A DNA stretch of 64,000 bases from positions 416,001-480,000 of the forward strand of contig CAWIYV010000014.1 in the NCBI GenBank assembly GCA_963840455.1. The letters are read 5' to 3'. Shown one piece after another: positions 1 to 9,646 of the stretch. This DNA is from Nitrospirota bacterium (GTDB lineage Bacteria; Nitrospirota; UBA9217). Below the pieces are notes generated by a model. The model saw only the letters and a list, made by a program, of their open reading frames with translations. It was not told where the DNA came from and made no database searches. Position 1 is the stretch's first letter; the number at the start of each line of letters is the position of its first letter. Made by a program: the position numbers and the translations under genes.

Positions 1-2
1 AA

Positions 3-584
3 CAGGGTCAAACCCTTCCGGACCTTCAGACCTATTCTCACCTTGTCATCATGGGCGGTCCCATGGCGGTCTACGAGATGGACCGCACCTCCTATCTCCG
101 GGGCGAGGCCCGTCTCATCGAGAAAGCGATCAACGCGAACAAACACGTCCTCGGTGTCTGCCTCGGCGCCCAGATGCTTGCCCACGTCCTCGGTGCCCGG
201 GTCTATCCGGGCCACACAAAGGAGATCGGCTGGTACGAGGTGACGCTTACGGAAGAGGGGATGCATGATTCCTGCATGGCGGCGCTCGCTGTACCCGGCA
301 GACGTGCAGCACAGGTCTTCCAGTGGCATGGCGACACCTTCGATCTGCCTGAGGGAGCAGCACGACTGGCGTCATCAGAACTCTATCCGAACCAGGCGTT
401 CCGCTATGGCGACCGGGTCTACGCACTTCAGTTCCATATCGAGGTCACACCGGGCATCGTCCACGGGTGGCTCAAGAACGAGAAGGGAATAGACTTTCCG
501 TTGATCGACACCCGGTCAAAAGAGATCTACGGACCCTATCTCGCAAGGGCGGGAGGATTTTACCGGCGGTTCTTTGGAAGGTGA
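3..584 (+). CDS. Type 1 glutamine amidotransferase (GMP synthase-like), 5'-truncated by window edge
   Basis: Frame open from base 3; MGGPM, GVCLGAQML (catalytic Cys), FQWHGDTF and LQFHIE motifs. Confidence 0.85.
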   Translation, partial: QGQTLPDLQTYSHLVIMGGPMAVYEMDRTSYLRGEARLIEKAINANKHVLGVCLGAQMLAHVLGARVYPGHTKEIGWYEVTLTEEGMHDSCMAALAVPGRRAAQVFQWHGDTFDLPEGAARLASSELYPNQAFRYGDRVYALQFHIEVTPGIVHGWLKNEKGIDFPLIDTRSKEIYGPYLARAGGFYRRFFGR

Positions 585-631
585 GGGAGGGGAAAACCGC
601 CGTTTTTCCGCGAAGTTCCGTTCCAAAAGAA

Positions 632-660
632 TTGACAATACCGAAGCATAAGAGTATAAT
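632..660 (+). promoter_or_regulatory. Sigma70 promoter of the gsp operon
   Basis: TTGACA(632-637)-17 bp-TATAAT(655-660), perfect consensus, just upstream of gspC. Confidence 0.8.
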
Positions 661-677
661 TTTTTAGGTGCATTATA

Positions 678-1511
678 ATGAAGGAAAAAAGCAAAACATA
701 TGTCCTTACGTTGATCGCGCTTCTTACCCTGTCGGCCTATCTTCTGGCCGATACCGTCGATGCCATGATCGGCAGGAGCCTTGACGCATCCGCGAAGGTT
801 TCGAGGCCCATGGACCAGGAGCGGTCAGTGATCGAGCCCCGCAGGGAGCTGTCCGACTATTCTTCGATCCTGGAACGCGGGCTCTTCGGAGAGGGCAAAG
901 GCCCCTCCGCCGGTCCCGCGGCCGCAGAATCCTACTCTTCCTATACGCTCATCGGCACTATCGAGGGCGAGAGCTTTTCCGGGGCCGTGCTCGCCGATGC
1001 CACGAACCAGCAGGCCTTCTATCGCCGTGACCAGAAGCTTCCTGACGGTTCGATGATCGTGAAGGTGAAGCACGACCGGGTGACCCTCAAGAGGTCTGAC
1101 GGGTCGACCGTCGAGCTCCAGACCGTCGACGACACGAAGATCGTGAACGTCGCGAAGGCGGTCCCGGGTAGCGGCGTCAGGAAGGTCGGCGAAGGCAGGT
1201 TCATGGTGGACCAGCGGGAGATAACGTCCAGCACCGAGAATCTGAACCAGGTCCTCACACAGGCCCGCGCCCTCCCCTATATGGAAGCAGGCAAGACCGT
1301 TGGTTTCCGCATCAGTGAGATCGTACCGGGCAGCATCTATGAGAAGATCGGGCTCCTGAACGGCGACGTGGTCCAGCGGGTGAACTCGCAGGACGTCGAC
1401 GATCCGGGCAAGTTCTTCCAGCTCTACCAGGGGCTGAAGGACGAGAAGCGCATCTCCATCGACCTTCTCAGGAACGGCCAGCGGCAGTCCCTCAATTACG
1501 ACGTCCGGTAG
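678..1511 (+). CDS. gspC: Type II secretion protein C with PDZ domain
   Basis: N-terminal TM, HR domain (LIGTI..GAVL), C-terminal PDZ (GSIYEKIGLLNGDVV); first gene of T2SS cluster. Confidence 0.85.
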   Translation: MKEKSKTYVLTLIALLTLSAYLLADTVDAMIGRSLDASAKVSRPMDQERSVIEPRRELSDYSSILERGLFGEGKGPSAGPAAAESYSSYTLIGTIEGESFSGAVLADATNQQAFYRRDQKLPDGSMIVKVKHDRVTLKRSDGSTVELQTVDDTKIVNVAKAVPGSGVRKVGEGRFMVDQREITSSTENLNQVLTQARALPYMEAGKTVGFRISEIVPGSIYEKIGLLNGDVVQRVNSQDVDDPGKFFQLYQGLKDEKRISIDLLRNGQRQSLNYDVR

Positions 1512-1522
1512 CACCGATCATG

Positions 1523-1595
1523 TAACCACTGGGTCGCCGGGGCACAGAGACATCCTTCCGATCATGCTCTCCGTGCCGCAGCCTCTCCGTGGTTC
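1523..1595. repeat. Palindromic intergenic element (AACCAC...GTGGTT ends)
   Basis: taaccactggg...ctccgtggtt imperfect inverted repeat between gspC and gspD. Confidence 0.45.
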
Positions 1596-1619
1596 AATTA
1601 TTCCTGGAGGTCCTCCCAC

Positions 1620-3632
1620 GTGAAAAGAATCACGGCCCTGCTCCTCGCAGGGCTTCTTAGTATCGGCCCGGCCTTTGCCCAGACCGGCGCCCCGCCTGCG
1701 AAGGAGCGGCAGGAGTTTCCGAAGATCAGCAAGGCGGGGGACGACTACATCACCCTCAACTTTTCGAACATCGACATCGCCGCGCTCGTGAAGGTCATGA
1801 GCGAGTTAACGCGCAAGAACTTCATCCTCGACGAGAAGGTCACCGGCAAGGTGACGCTCATGACTCCCACCAAGATCTCTCCGGGAGAGGCATACCAGGT
1901 ATTTCTTTCGGCGCTGGAGATCAAGGGCTTCACCGCCGTGGAGGACGGCAGGATCATCCGCATCGTCCCCACGGCGACGGTCAGGCAGAGCGGCCTCAGG
2001 GTGATGGAGGATGGTGACATGCAGGGTGAGGGCTATGTCACCAAGCTCATCCGCATGAACTACGTGAACCCCCAGGAGATCGTCCGGACGCTTACGCCGC
2101 TCATCACCAAGGACGGCAATCTCATCGCTTATCCCGCCACGAACTCCCTCATCATCACCGACTCCGTATCCGCCATCCGGAAGATCGAGAGGCTGGTCGC
2201 GGCCCTGGACGTCCCGACGCCCACGGGGAAGGGCAAGATCAACGTGTATTATCTCAAGCACGCGAGTTCCGAGGACATCGCCAAGGTCATGCAGGCGCTG
2301 GTGTCGAGGCTCCCGGTCCCGCCGGCGGGCGGCCAGGCCCAACCCGTTGGCCCGGCCACCATCCTCGAGGGAGCGGTCACTATCACCGCGGACAAGCTTA
2401 CCAACTCTCTTATCATCGTTGCCTCGCCCATCGACTACGAGACCATGAAGGACGTTATCCAGAAGCTCGACATCCGGCGGCGGCAGGTGTACGTTGAGGC
2501 GGCCATCATCGAGATGGGGCTGACCAAGTCTCGGGAACTGGGATTTGAGTTCCAGGCGGCCAACCTCGATAAGCTGGGGAACAACCAGACCATGGTCATC
2601 GGCGGGACCAACTTCGGGGGTATCGGCCAGGCGACCTTGAACGGCCCCGCCGCGTTTGCCAATTTCACCGGCCTCGCCGTCGGGGCGGTGAAAGGGACCT
2701 TTACCTACAATGGGACGGAGTTCCTGAACATCGGGGCCCTGCTCCGCGCGCTCCAGTCGGATTCGGAAGTGAACGTACTGTCCACACCCAACATCCTGAC
2801 GAGCGACAACCAGAAAGCCGAGATCATGGTGGGCCAGAACGTACCGTTTACCACCGGTCAGACGCAGAACGCGACAACCGGCAGCGGGAGCATATTCAAT
2901 ACCGTCGAGCGAAAGGACGTAGGCATCAAACTAACGATCACGCCGCAGATATCCTCTGATGATAGCATCCGGCTTGATGTCAACCAGGAGATCTCCGACG
3001 TTGTCCCGGCCTCCTACCTGAATCCCAGCGGCCTCGTCACCAATAAACGGTCGGCGATCACTACCGTCGTGGTAAAGGACCGCGAGACCATGGTCATCGG
3101 CGGTTTGATCAGGGACAATCTGAATACATCGGAGACCAAGGTGCCTTTCCTCGGAGACATCCCGCTCCTCGGCTGGCTCTTCAAGTACAAGACCACGAAG
3201 ATCGAAAAGGTCAACCTCATGCTCTTTGTTACGCCCTATATCATCAAGAACGACGAGGATGCGCAGGACATCACGCGCCGCAAGGGTGATGCCCTTGAGA
3301 AGTTCCGCGATGAGCACCGCATCGAGAAGAAGAACGTGGGCAACCTCATCGAAACCCGCAAGCCCGCCGCACCAGGGAATCGTCCTGAATCGGGCGGAAC
3401 GGACGTTCAGCCCGAAGGAAAGGATGAGTCCACGGGGGCAGGTGCCGTGGGCGCCCCGATGCCTGCGAACGAACTCGGTACGGAGCCGTCGGTCCCCATG
3501 ACGGCCCCCACGTCCACGGGGGCAGGTGCCGTGGGTGCCCCGATGCCTGCGAACGAACTCGGTACGGAGCCGTCGGTCCCCGCGACGGCCCCCACGTCCA
3601 CCGGCACGGACCCCGCGGAGGGACCGAGGTGA
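1620..3632 (+). CDS. gspD: Type II secretion secretin
   Basis: Signal peptide, N0 domain (LNFSNIDI..NFILDEKVTGKVT), LDIRRRQVYVEA, KVPFLGDIPLLGWLFK secretin motif. Confidence 0.95.
   Translation: MKRITALLLAGLLSIGPAFAQTGAPPAKERQEFPKISKAGDDYITLNFSNIDIAALVKVMSELTRKNFILDEKVTGKVTLMTPTKISPGEAYQVFLSALEIKGFTAVEDGRIIRIVPTATVRQSGLRVMEDGDMQGEGYVTKLIRMNYVNPQEIVRTLTPLITKDGNLIAYPATNSLIITDSVSAIRKIERLVAALDVPTPTGKGKINVYYLKHASSEDIAKVMQALVSRLPVPPAGGQAQPVGPATILEGAVTITADKLTNSLIIVASPIDYETMKDVIQKLDIRRRQVYVEAAIIEMGLTKSRELGFEFQAANLDKLGNNQTMVIGGTNFGGIGQATLNGPAAFANFTGLAVGAVKGTFTYNGTEFLNIGALLRALQSDSEVNVLSTPNILTSDNQKAEIMVGQNVPFTTGQTQNATTGSGSIFNTVERKDVGIKLTITPQISSDDSIRLDVNQEISDVVPASYLNPSGLVTNKRSAITTVVVKDRETMVIGGLIRDNLNTSETKVPFLGDIPLLGWLFKYKTTKIEKVNLMLFVTPYIIKNDEDAQDITRRKGDALEKFRDEHRIEKKNVGNLIETRKPAAPGNRPESGGTDVQPEGKDESTGAGAVGAPMPANELGTEPSVPMTAPTSTGAGAVGAPMPANELGTEPSVPATAPTSTGTDPAEGPR
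3428..3601 (+). repeat. 84-bp (28-aa) tandem duplication in the GspD C-terminal tail
   Basis: Units start at 3428 and 3512 (STGAGAVGAPMPANELGTEPSVPxTAPT), partial third at 3596. Confidence 0.9.
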
Positions 3633-5317
3633 GACGCCTGCTCGGCGAGATACTCGTTGAGTCAGGACTTTCCCCCGAACGGCTCAAGAAGGCCCTCGAC
3701 CTCCAGAAGAAACGGGGCGGCCGCATCGGCACGCTCCTGATACGGCTGAACTTCGCGACCGAGGCCGAGGTGCTCACGGCCCTCGGCGCCCAGCTTGGTC
3801 TCAGCTTCCGGCCGGAGCTCGGCGAAATCGACCGCGAACTGGCCCTGAAGCTCCCCATCACGTACGCCAAGAAGTCCGTCGTCATCCCCCTCAAGAAAGA
3901 GAACGGCACGGTCATCGCTGCCACGTCTGAACCGCTCCTGCTCACGACCGTAGACGACCTTGCCGTGCTGTTCGGCGCCGGCATCGAGCTCTGCATCGCC
4001 CCGTCGGAGCTCATCCTGGACAACCTGAACCGCCTGCACAGCGAGGACCTGAACAAGGCCGAGGACACCGCCCAGGAGATGGAGGAAGAGGACCTGTCAT
4101 TCCTCGCCGCCGAGCTCGAGGAGCCGACGGACCTGCTCGAGGCCACCGACGACGCTCCCATCATCCGGCTGGTGAACTCCCTCCTGTCCCAGGCCATCCG
4201 TGAACGTTCCAGTGACATCCACATCGAACCGTTCGAGAAGGAGGTCGTGGCGCGATTCCGCATCGACGGCATCCTCTACAACATCCTGACCATCCAGAAG
4301 CGCTTCCAGGCCAGCATCGCCTCGCGCGTCAAGATCATGTCGGGCCTGAACATCGCCGAAAAAAGGCTGCCCCAGGACGGCGGCATGCGGATCAAGATCG
4401 GCGGCAAGGACGTTGACATCCGCGTCTCCATCGTGCCCACGGCCTTCGGCGAGCGCATCGTGCTGCGCCTGCTCTACCGTGAGAGCGCGCTCCTGCCGCT
4501 TGAGCAGATCGGGTTCTCCGGAGAAAATCTCACTCACTTTAATGAGCTGATCACGCGGCCGCACGGGATCATTCTCGTGACGGGGCCGACGGGAAGCGGC
4601 AAGACCACAACGCTGTACGCGTCGCTCTCGAAGATAAATTCGCCGGACAAGAACATTATCACCATCGAGGACCCGATCGAGTATCAGCTCAAGGGCATCG
4701 GCCAGATACAGGTGAACGCCAAGATCCAGCTGACCTTCGCGGCCGGGCTCCGGTCGGTGCTGCGTCAGGACCCGGATGTGATCCTCGTGGGCGAGATCCG
4801 CGATGCGGAGACCGCCGAGATCGCGATCCAGGCGGCGCTCACCGGCCACCTCGTTTTCTCCACGCTCCATACGAACGATGCGGCCGGCGCCGTGACGAGA
4901 TTGATCGACATGAAGATCGAACCCTTCCTGATCTCGTCCTCGGTGATGGCGATCCTGGCCCAGCGCCTTGTGCGCGTGCTGTGCAAGGAGTGCCGCGAAC
5001 CGTATCAAATGACTCCCGCCGAGATCACGGAGCTCGAGATAAAGGGCGGGGCCGCGGGGGCCACCGTGTACCGGGCCAAGGGATGTGCCACCTGTTTCAA
5101 TACGGGTTACCTCGGGCGCAAGGCGATCTACGAACTGCTGCTTATCGATGACGAGATCCGCCAGCTCATCATGAAAAACACCGACTCTGCCACCCTCAAG
5201 GCCGTGGCCATGCAGAAGGGCATGCGTACGCTCCGCCAGGACGGCGCGGACAACATTCTCCAGGGCATAACGTCCGTCGACGAGGTCGTGCGGGTGACGC
5301 AGAAGGAAACGCAGTAG
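3629..5317 (+). CDS. gspE: Type II secretion ATPase
   Basis: MshEN-like N-terminus (LLGEILV, RIGTLLI), Walker A GPTGSGKTT, LRQDPDVILVGEIRD, CxxC zinc motifs. Confidence 0.95.
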   Translation: MRRLLGEILVESGLSPERLKKALDLQKKRGGRIGTLLIRLNFATEAEVLTALGAQLGLSFRPELGEIDRELALKLPITYAKKSVVIPLKKENGTVIAATSEPLLLTTVDDLAVLFGAGIELCIAPSELILDNLNRLHSEDLNKAEDTAQEMEEEDLSFLAAELEEPTDLLEATDDAPIIRLVNSLLSQAIRERSSDIHIEPFEKEVVARFRIDGILYNILTIQKRFQASIASRVKIMSGLNIAEKRLPQDGGMRIKIGGKDVDIRVSIVPTAFGERIVLRLLYRESALLPLEQIGFSGENLTHFNELITRPHGIILVTGPTGSGKTTTLYASLSKINSPDKNIITIEDPIEYQLKGIGQIQVNAKIQLTFAAGLRSVLRQDPDVILVGEIRDAETAEIAIQAALTGHLVFSTLHTNDAAGAVTRLIDMKIEPFLISSSVMAILAQRLVRVLCKECREPYQMTPAEITELEIKGGAAGATVYRAKGCATCFNTGYLGRKAIYELLLIDDEIRQLIMKNTDSATLKAVAMQKGMRTLRQDGADNILQGITSVDEVVRVTQKETQ

Positions 5318-5408
5318 CCAGGAGACAGAAATCAGGAGTCAGAAGATCTGCACGTTGACCTTTTCCTTTCTCCTGGCTCCTGTATTCCGGCTCCAGATTA
5401 TTTAACCC

Positions 5409-6629
5409 ATGCCCGTCTACGATTATAAAGGCGTCAATGCCAACGGCAAGAGCATCTCCGGAGTACTCGACGGGGAGAGCCTGAAGGCCGTAAAGTCGAG
5501 GCTCAAGAAGGACGGCATCATCGTCCTTGAGGTCCATGAGGGCGGAGCGCTGCGCGCCGCCGGGCGACCGCGGGAGTTCAAGTTGGGCGCCGGACGGGTG
5601 CGGCTTGGAGACCTTGCGAATGCAACCCGTCAGCTTGCAACACTGCTCTCCTCCGGCATGCCGCTCATGGACTCCCTGACCGTTCTCGTTGAGCAGGAAG
5701 AGACCCAGGCCTTGAAATCGGCGCTTTCGTCGGTGCGGGATGCGGTCCGGGAAGGCGCGTCGCTGGCGGACGCGCTCAAGGCGAAGCCGAAGGCCTTTTC
5801 GCAGCTCTACGTCAACATGGTCTCCGCCGGCGAGGCGAGCGGCACCCTTGAGATCACCCTTGACCGCCTCGCGGATTTTCTCGATGAGCAGGTCAGATTC
5901 CGTGGCAAGTTCGCTGCGGCCCTTGCGTACCCGGCGATCATGACGTTGGTCGGCGTCGGCGTGCTCTTTTTCCTTTTCAGCTTCGTGCTGCCGCGCGTGG
6001 TCGGAATGTTCGAGGACATGAAACAGCAGCTGCCCTTCATGACCCTTGCGCTCCTCTGGCTCGTGCGGATCGTATCCTCGGCGTGGTGGGCGATCCTCAT
6101 CGCCATGGGAGGGGCCGCCTATTATCTCCGGCGCTACTTCGCGACGGCCGAGGGCAAGGCGTGGCTCGATGCGCGCATCCTGCGGCTCCCGGTGTTCGGC
6201 AACCTCATCAAGATGATCGCCGTATCGCGATTCACGCGCACGCTCGGTACGCTCCTCCAAAGTGGAGTGCCGACGCTTATGGCGCTCGATATCGTAAAAA
6301 GCGTGGTCGGGAATACCGTGCTCGCCGACGCCATCCACAAGGCGCGGGAGAACGTGCGGGAGGGTGAGTCGATCGCCGACCCGCTGAGAAGAAGCGGCCT
6401 GTTCCCCCCCGTCGTGATCCAGATGGTCGCGGTGGGGGAAAAGAGCGGCGAACTCGAAAAGATGCTGCTCAAGATCTCCGATTCCTTCGACCGCACCGTG
6501 GAAACGCGCATCACGGCGCTTATGTCGCTGCTTGAGCCGATCATCATTCTCGTGATGGGGTTGATCGTCGGGTTCATCGTCATTGCGATCATGCTGCCGA
6601 TCCTCCAGATGAGCTCAGGCGTGAGGTGA
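5409..6629 (+). CDS. gspF: Type II secretion inner-membrane platform protein
   Basis: TRQLATLLSSGMPL, AGEASGTL, VGEKSGEL, LLEPIIIL motifs. Confidence 0.95.
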   Translation: MPVYDYKGVNANGKSISGVLDGESLKAVKSRLKKDGIIVLEVHEGGALRAAGRPREFKLGAGRVRLGDLANATRQLATLLSSGMPLMDSLTVLVEQEETQALKSALSSVRDAVREGASLADALKAKPKAFSQLYVNMVSAGEASGTLEITLDRLADFLDEQVRFRGKFAAALAYPAIMTLVGVGVLFFLFSFVLPRVVGMFEDMKQQLPFMTLALLWLVRIVSSAWWAILIAMGGAAYYLRRYFATAEGKAWLDARILRLPVFGNLIKMIAVSRFTRTLGTLLQSGVPTLMALDIVKSVVGNTVLADAIHKARENVREGESIADPLRRSGLFPPVVIQMVAVGEKSGELEKMLLKISDSFDRTVETRITALMSLLEPIIILVMGLIVGFIVIAIMLPILQMSSGVR

Positions 6630-6703
6630 AGCAATTGCGGATTTCGGATTGCGGAACGCGGATTGAAATAGCATCGAGTGAAATCCTATTAAGGAGATTG
6701 CAC

Positions 6704-7138
6704 ATGAAGAACCAAAAAGGCTTTACCCTTATTGAGATCATGGTTGTGGTCATTATTCTCGGCCTGCTCGCCGGGCTGGTGCTGCCCAGGATCCTGGGAC
6801 AGGAGGAAAAGGCGAAGTTCGAGGCTGCAAAGGTGCAGATCCGATCGCTGGAGAGCGCATTGGATGCCTTCAAGCTTGACAACGGTTTTTATCCGGCTAC
6901 CGACCAGGGGCTCGATGCGCTCATCAAGAAGCCGGAAGCCGGCCGCATCCCGAACAAATGGCGCGAAGGCGGCTACCTGAAGCCTGCGCGAATCCCCAAG
7001 GACCCCTGGGGCAAAGATTTTGTTTATTTTTCTCCGGGCAGCGAGGGGAGGGAATACGAGATCATCTCCTACGGCGCGGACAACGAGCCGGGCGGCGAGG
7101 GGAATAACGCCGACATCCAGAGCTGGAAGATGGAGTAA
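6704..7138 (+). CDS. gspG: Major pseudopilin
   Basis: AAGGAG RBS; KG|FTLIEIMVV prepilin site; PKDPWG and SYGAD motifs. Confidence 0.95.
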   Translation: MKNQKGFTLIEIMVVVIILGLLAGLVLPRILGQEEKAKFEAAKVQIRSLESALDAFKLDNGFYPATDQGLDALIKKPEAGRIPNKWREGGYLKPARIPKDPWGKDFVYFSPGSEGREYEIISYGADNEPGGEGNNADIQSWKME

Positions 7139-7142
7139 GGCC

Positions 7143-7727
7143 ATGCGGGCCGCATGTCCATTGCGGATTGCGAATCGCGGATTGCGGAGTAAAAGAAAAA
7201 AACAAAATCTGCATTCCGCATTTCGCGATTCGCGGGCGAAAGGCTTTACTCTCATCGAGCTCGCGGTCGTCGTCGCGATACTCGGGGTCATGATCGCGCT
7301 TGTCGCCCCGAAGCTTGGAGAGCTCGGCGAAGCCAACCTGAAACGGAGCGCCAGGCACCTGACAGGGATGATCCGTTTCCTGCATGAGGAGTCCCAGGCG
7401 AAAAAGATGGAATACCGTCTCCGGTTCGATATCCAGGACGGACGCTACTGGGCTGAATCGTTTAAGCTTATTTCGGAAAGTGCAGGCGAGTTCCAAAAGG
7501 CGACGTCGGTCATCGCAGGAGAAGGAAGTCTTTTTGGACAAACCACGTTCCGCGATATCAAGGCAGGCAGCCACCCCGAAGAACCCTATATCCTGTTCAC
7601 TCCGGATGGTTGGGTGGAAGCTACGATCATCCATCTCCGCGACGGCAGTGACCGGGATTTTTCCCTGCTCGTGAAGCCGCTCACCGCGAATACTGAACTC
7701 CGCGAAGGCTATGTGGAGGAAAGATGA
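7143..7727 (+). CDS. gspH: Minor pseudopilin H (start uncertain)
   Basis: KG|FTLIELAVV methylation site; position after gspG. Confidence 0.8.
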   Translation: MRAACPLRIANRGLRSKRKKQNLHSAFRDSRAKGFTLIELAVVVAILGVMIALVAPKLGELGEANLKRSARHLTGMIRFLHEESQAKKMEYRLRFDIQDGRYWAESFKLISESAGEFQKATSVIAGEGSLFGQTTFRDIKAGSHPEEPYILFTPDGWVEATIIHLRDGSDRDFSLLVKPLTANTELREGYVEER

Positions 7728-8134
7728 CGGACACGGGGACACGGGGACACGGAGACGCGGGGAAGCACTTCAACGGTTTTACCCTGCTCGAGGTCATGGT
7801 CGCAGTGGCCATCCTGGGCATGGTGCTGGTATCGCTGATCGGATTGAAGAACAGGAGCATGCAGGATGTAGCGCTCGCGGACCACATCACGACGGCGACG
7901 CTGCTGGCAAAGCGCAAGATGAATGAGAACCTTGTGACCGCCGGCACCAGAACGGTCTTTCAGAAAGAGGACGAAGGGGAGTTCCCCGAAGAGGAGTTCA
8001 AAGAGTACACGTGGAAGGAATCGATCTCACAGCTGCAGCCGGTGGAAAACGTCAAGATCACTGAAGTGCGGGTAGCAGTACTCTGGAAGGAAGGCGAACG
8101 GCAGGAGATGGTGGAGCTGAAGAGCTATGAGTAA
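7724..8134 (+). CDS. gspI: Minor pseudopilin I
   Basis: NG|FTLLEVMVAVAI; size and operon order. Confidence 0.8.
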   Translation: MTDTGTRGHGDAGKHFNGFTLLEVMVAVAILGMVLVSLIGLKNRSMQDVALADHITTATLLAKRKMNENLVTAGTRTVFQKEDEGEFPEEEFKEYTWKESISQLQPVENVKITEVRVAVLWKEGERQEMVELKSYE

Positions 8135-8777
8135 CGCCACTCCACGATCGAGCGGTTTTACCCTTCTCGAAGTGCTTCTCGCCATGGCGATTCTTGCCGT
8201 GATCATGACTGTGGTCTACGCTAGCTTCTCCACGGCGGGAAAGAATGTTGAACAGGCGGAGGCGATCCGGGACGAGAACGATATTGCGCGAATTTTAATG
8301 GCCCGGCTTTCGGATGATATCGCAAATGCATATATTTACCCAAGCACGAATCCGCAGGCAAGCCTGACGATCTTCTATGGGAAGATGGAGGAGGTCGAGG
8401 GTGGACCCGGGAATGAGAAGATCAGGCATGACAGTATTTCTTTTACCACATTGACGCACTGGCGGAAACCCGGATCCAAAGAGACCGAGCTCTGGGAAGT
8501 AGGATACTTCTTTAAAGAGAAACCGGACGGCAAGGGATCTGTTCTCTTCAGGAGGGAAAAGCGGGAGCTCAGCAAGGAAGTGCCGGCGCTCGAAGGAGGA
8601 GACGAGTACGAGATCACGGACCGGGTGGAGAGCCTGCAGTTTCGCTACAAACAGGGGGCCCAGAGCCCCTGGAAAGATTCATGGGATACGAAGAGTGCTT
8701 TGCCGTTGCTCGTTGAGATCGCACTTACCCTTGATACCGGCAAGCTGTATATCACGCAGGTGGCTATAGGTCAGTGA
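8127..8777 (+). CDS. gspJ: Minor pseudopilin J
   Basis: SG|FTLLEVLLAMAI; WKDSWD..LPLLVEI C-terminal motif. Confidence 0.85.
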   Translation: MSNATPRSSGFTLLEVLLAMAILAVIMTVVYASFSTAGKNVEQAEAIRDENDIARILMARLSDDIANAYIYPSTNPQASLTIFYGKMEEVEGGPGNEKIRHDSISFTTLTHWRKPGSKETELWEVGYFFKEKPDGKGSVLFRREKRELSKEVPALEGGDEYEITDRVESLQFRYKQGAQSPWKDSWDTKSALPLLVEIALTLDTGKLYITQVAIGQ

Positions 8778-9646
8778 TGACGTTTCCCGAACAAGAGAAA
8801 ATCCTGAGATCGCAGAGAAGGCGGAACGATCGAGGTGTAGCGCTGCTGATCGTGCTCCTGGTGACAGCGCTTTTGATCGCGCTCATCTTCGAATTCTCCT
8901 ATGCGACGCGGATTAGCCTGAACAACGCGATCAATTTTCGCGACAGCCAGCGAGCGTATTTTCTCGCCCGTTCCGGAATATTTGCGTTTATCAAATATGG
9001 GAAGCTGCTTCGAGATATCATTCCTCAGGGCGAATGGGGTGTTGTTCCGATGATCAGTGACGGCGACACCGAGGTCAGGGTGAAATGGGAGGATGAATCC
9101 GGGAAGATCAAGATCAATGATATAAGAAACGATACTGTAACGCTCATGGTTGTCAAAGCACTCTTTGAGAACGTTAAAGGCATCGATACCACCGTCGTTG
9201 ACAGGATCTATGATCCGCAAAGCAATATCGGCAGCCTCGCCTTATTGTCAGGCCTCCATCAGTATATGAGCGACGAAGATTTTAATAAGGTATATGAGAG
9301 TTTAACCGTGGCATCAGTGAGCCAAAATAAAGTTACTATCAACATAAACACTGCTTCAGCCGATGTCCTTCGAAGTCTTGGGATAAATGACCTGGATGTG
9401 AAAAGGATCATGACGGAGAGACAGGCGACACCATATATCGATGCCGATCGCGCGAGCACCGGAACCGGGCGATTATCGTCGATTATCGGAAACATACAGA
9501 TCAATAGACAATATCTGTCGAATTTCTTAACGACGAGTTCAAGTGAATACTACAAGGTATTCGCCTATGCCACGGTCGGTGGCTATACGAAGCAGATAGA
9601 GGCCATTGTCAGAGGAAATACCTTCTCCTACTGGAGAGCATTGTGA
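8774..9646 (+). CDS. gspK: Minor pseudopilin K
   Basis: RG|VALLIVL (no Glu5), DESGKIKIN and ININTAS motifs. Confidence 0.85.
   Translation: MMTFPEQEKILRSQRRRNDRGVALLIVLLVTALLIALIFEFSYATRISLNNAINFRDSQRAYFLARSGIFAFIKYGKLLRDIIPQGEWGVVPMISDGDTEVRVKWEDESGKIKINDIRNDTVTLMVVKALFENVKGIDTTVVDRIYDPQSNIGSLALLSGLHQYMSDEDFNKVYESLTVASVSQNKVTININTASADVLRSLGINDLDVKRIMTERQATPYIDADRASTGTGRLSSIIGNIQINRQYLSNFLTTSSSEYYKVFAYATVGGYTKQIEAIVRGNTFSYWRAL

Noticed and set aside
6626-6703. Upstream-extended starts in the ORF track (gspG; likewise aroF, rlmB, rplJ, rpoB, tautomerase, rpsN)
   Set aside because: Extensions run through intergenic repeats or leaders; downstream starts have SD sequences and/or match family N-termini.
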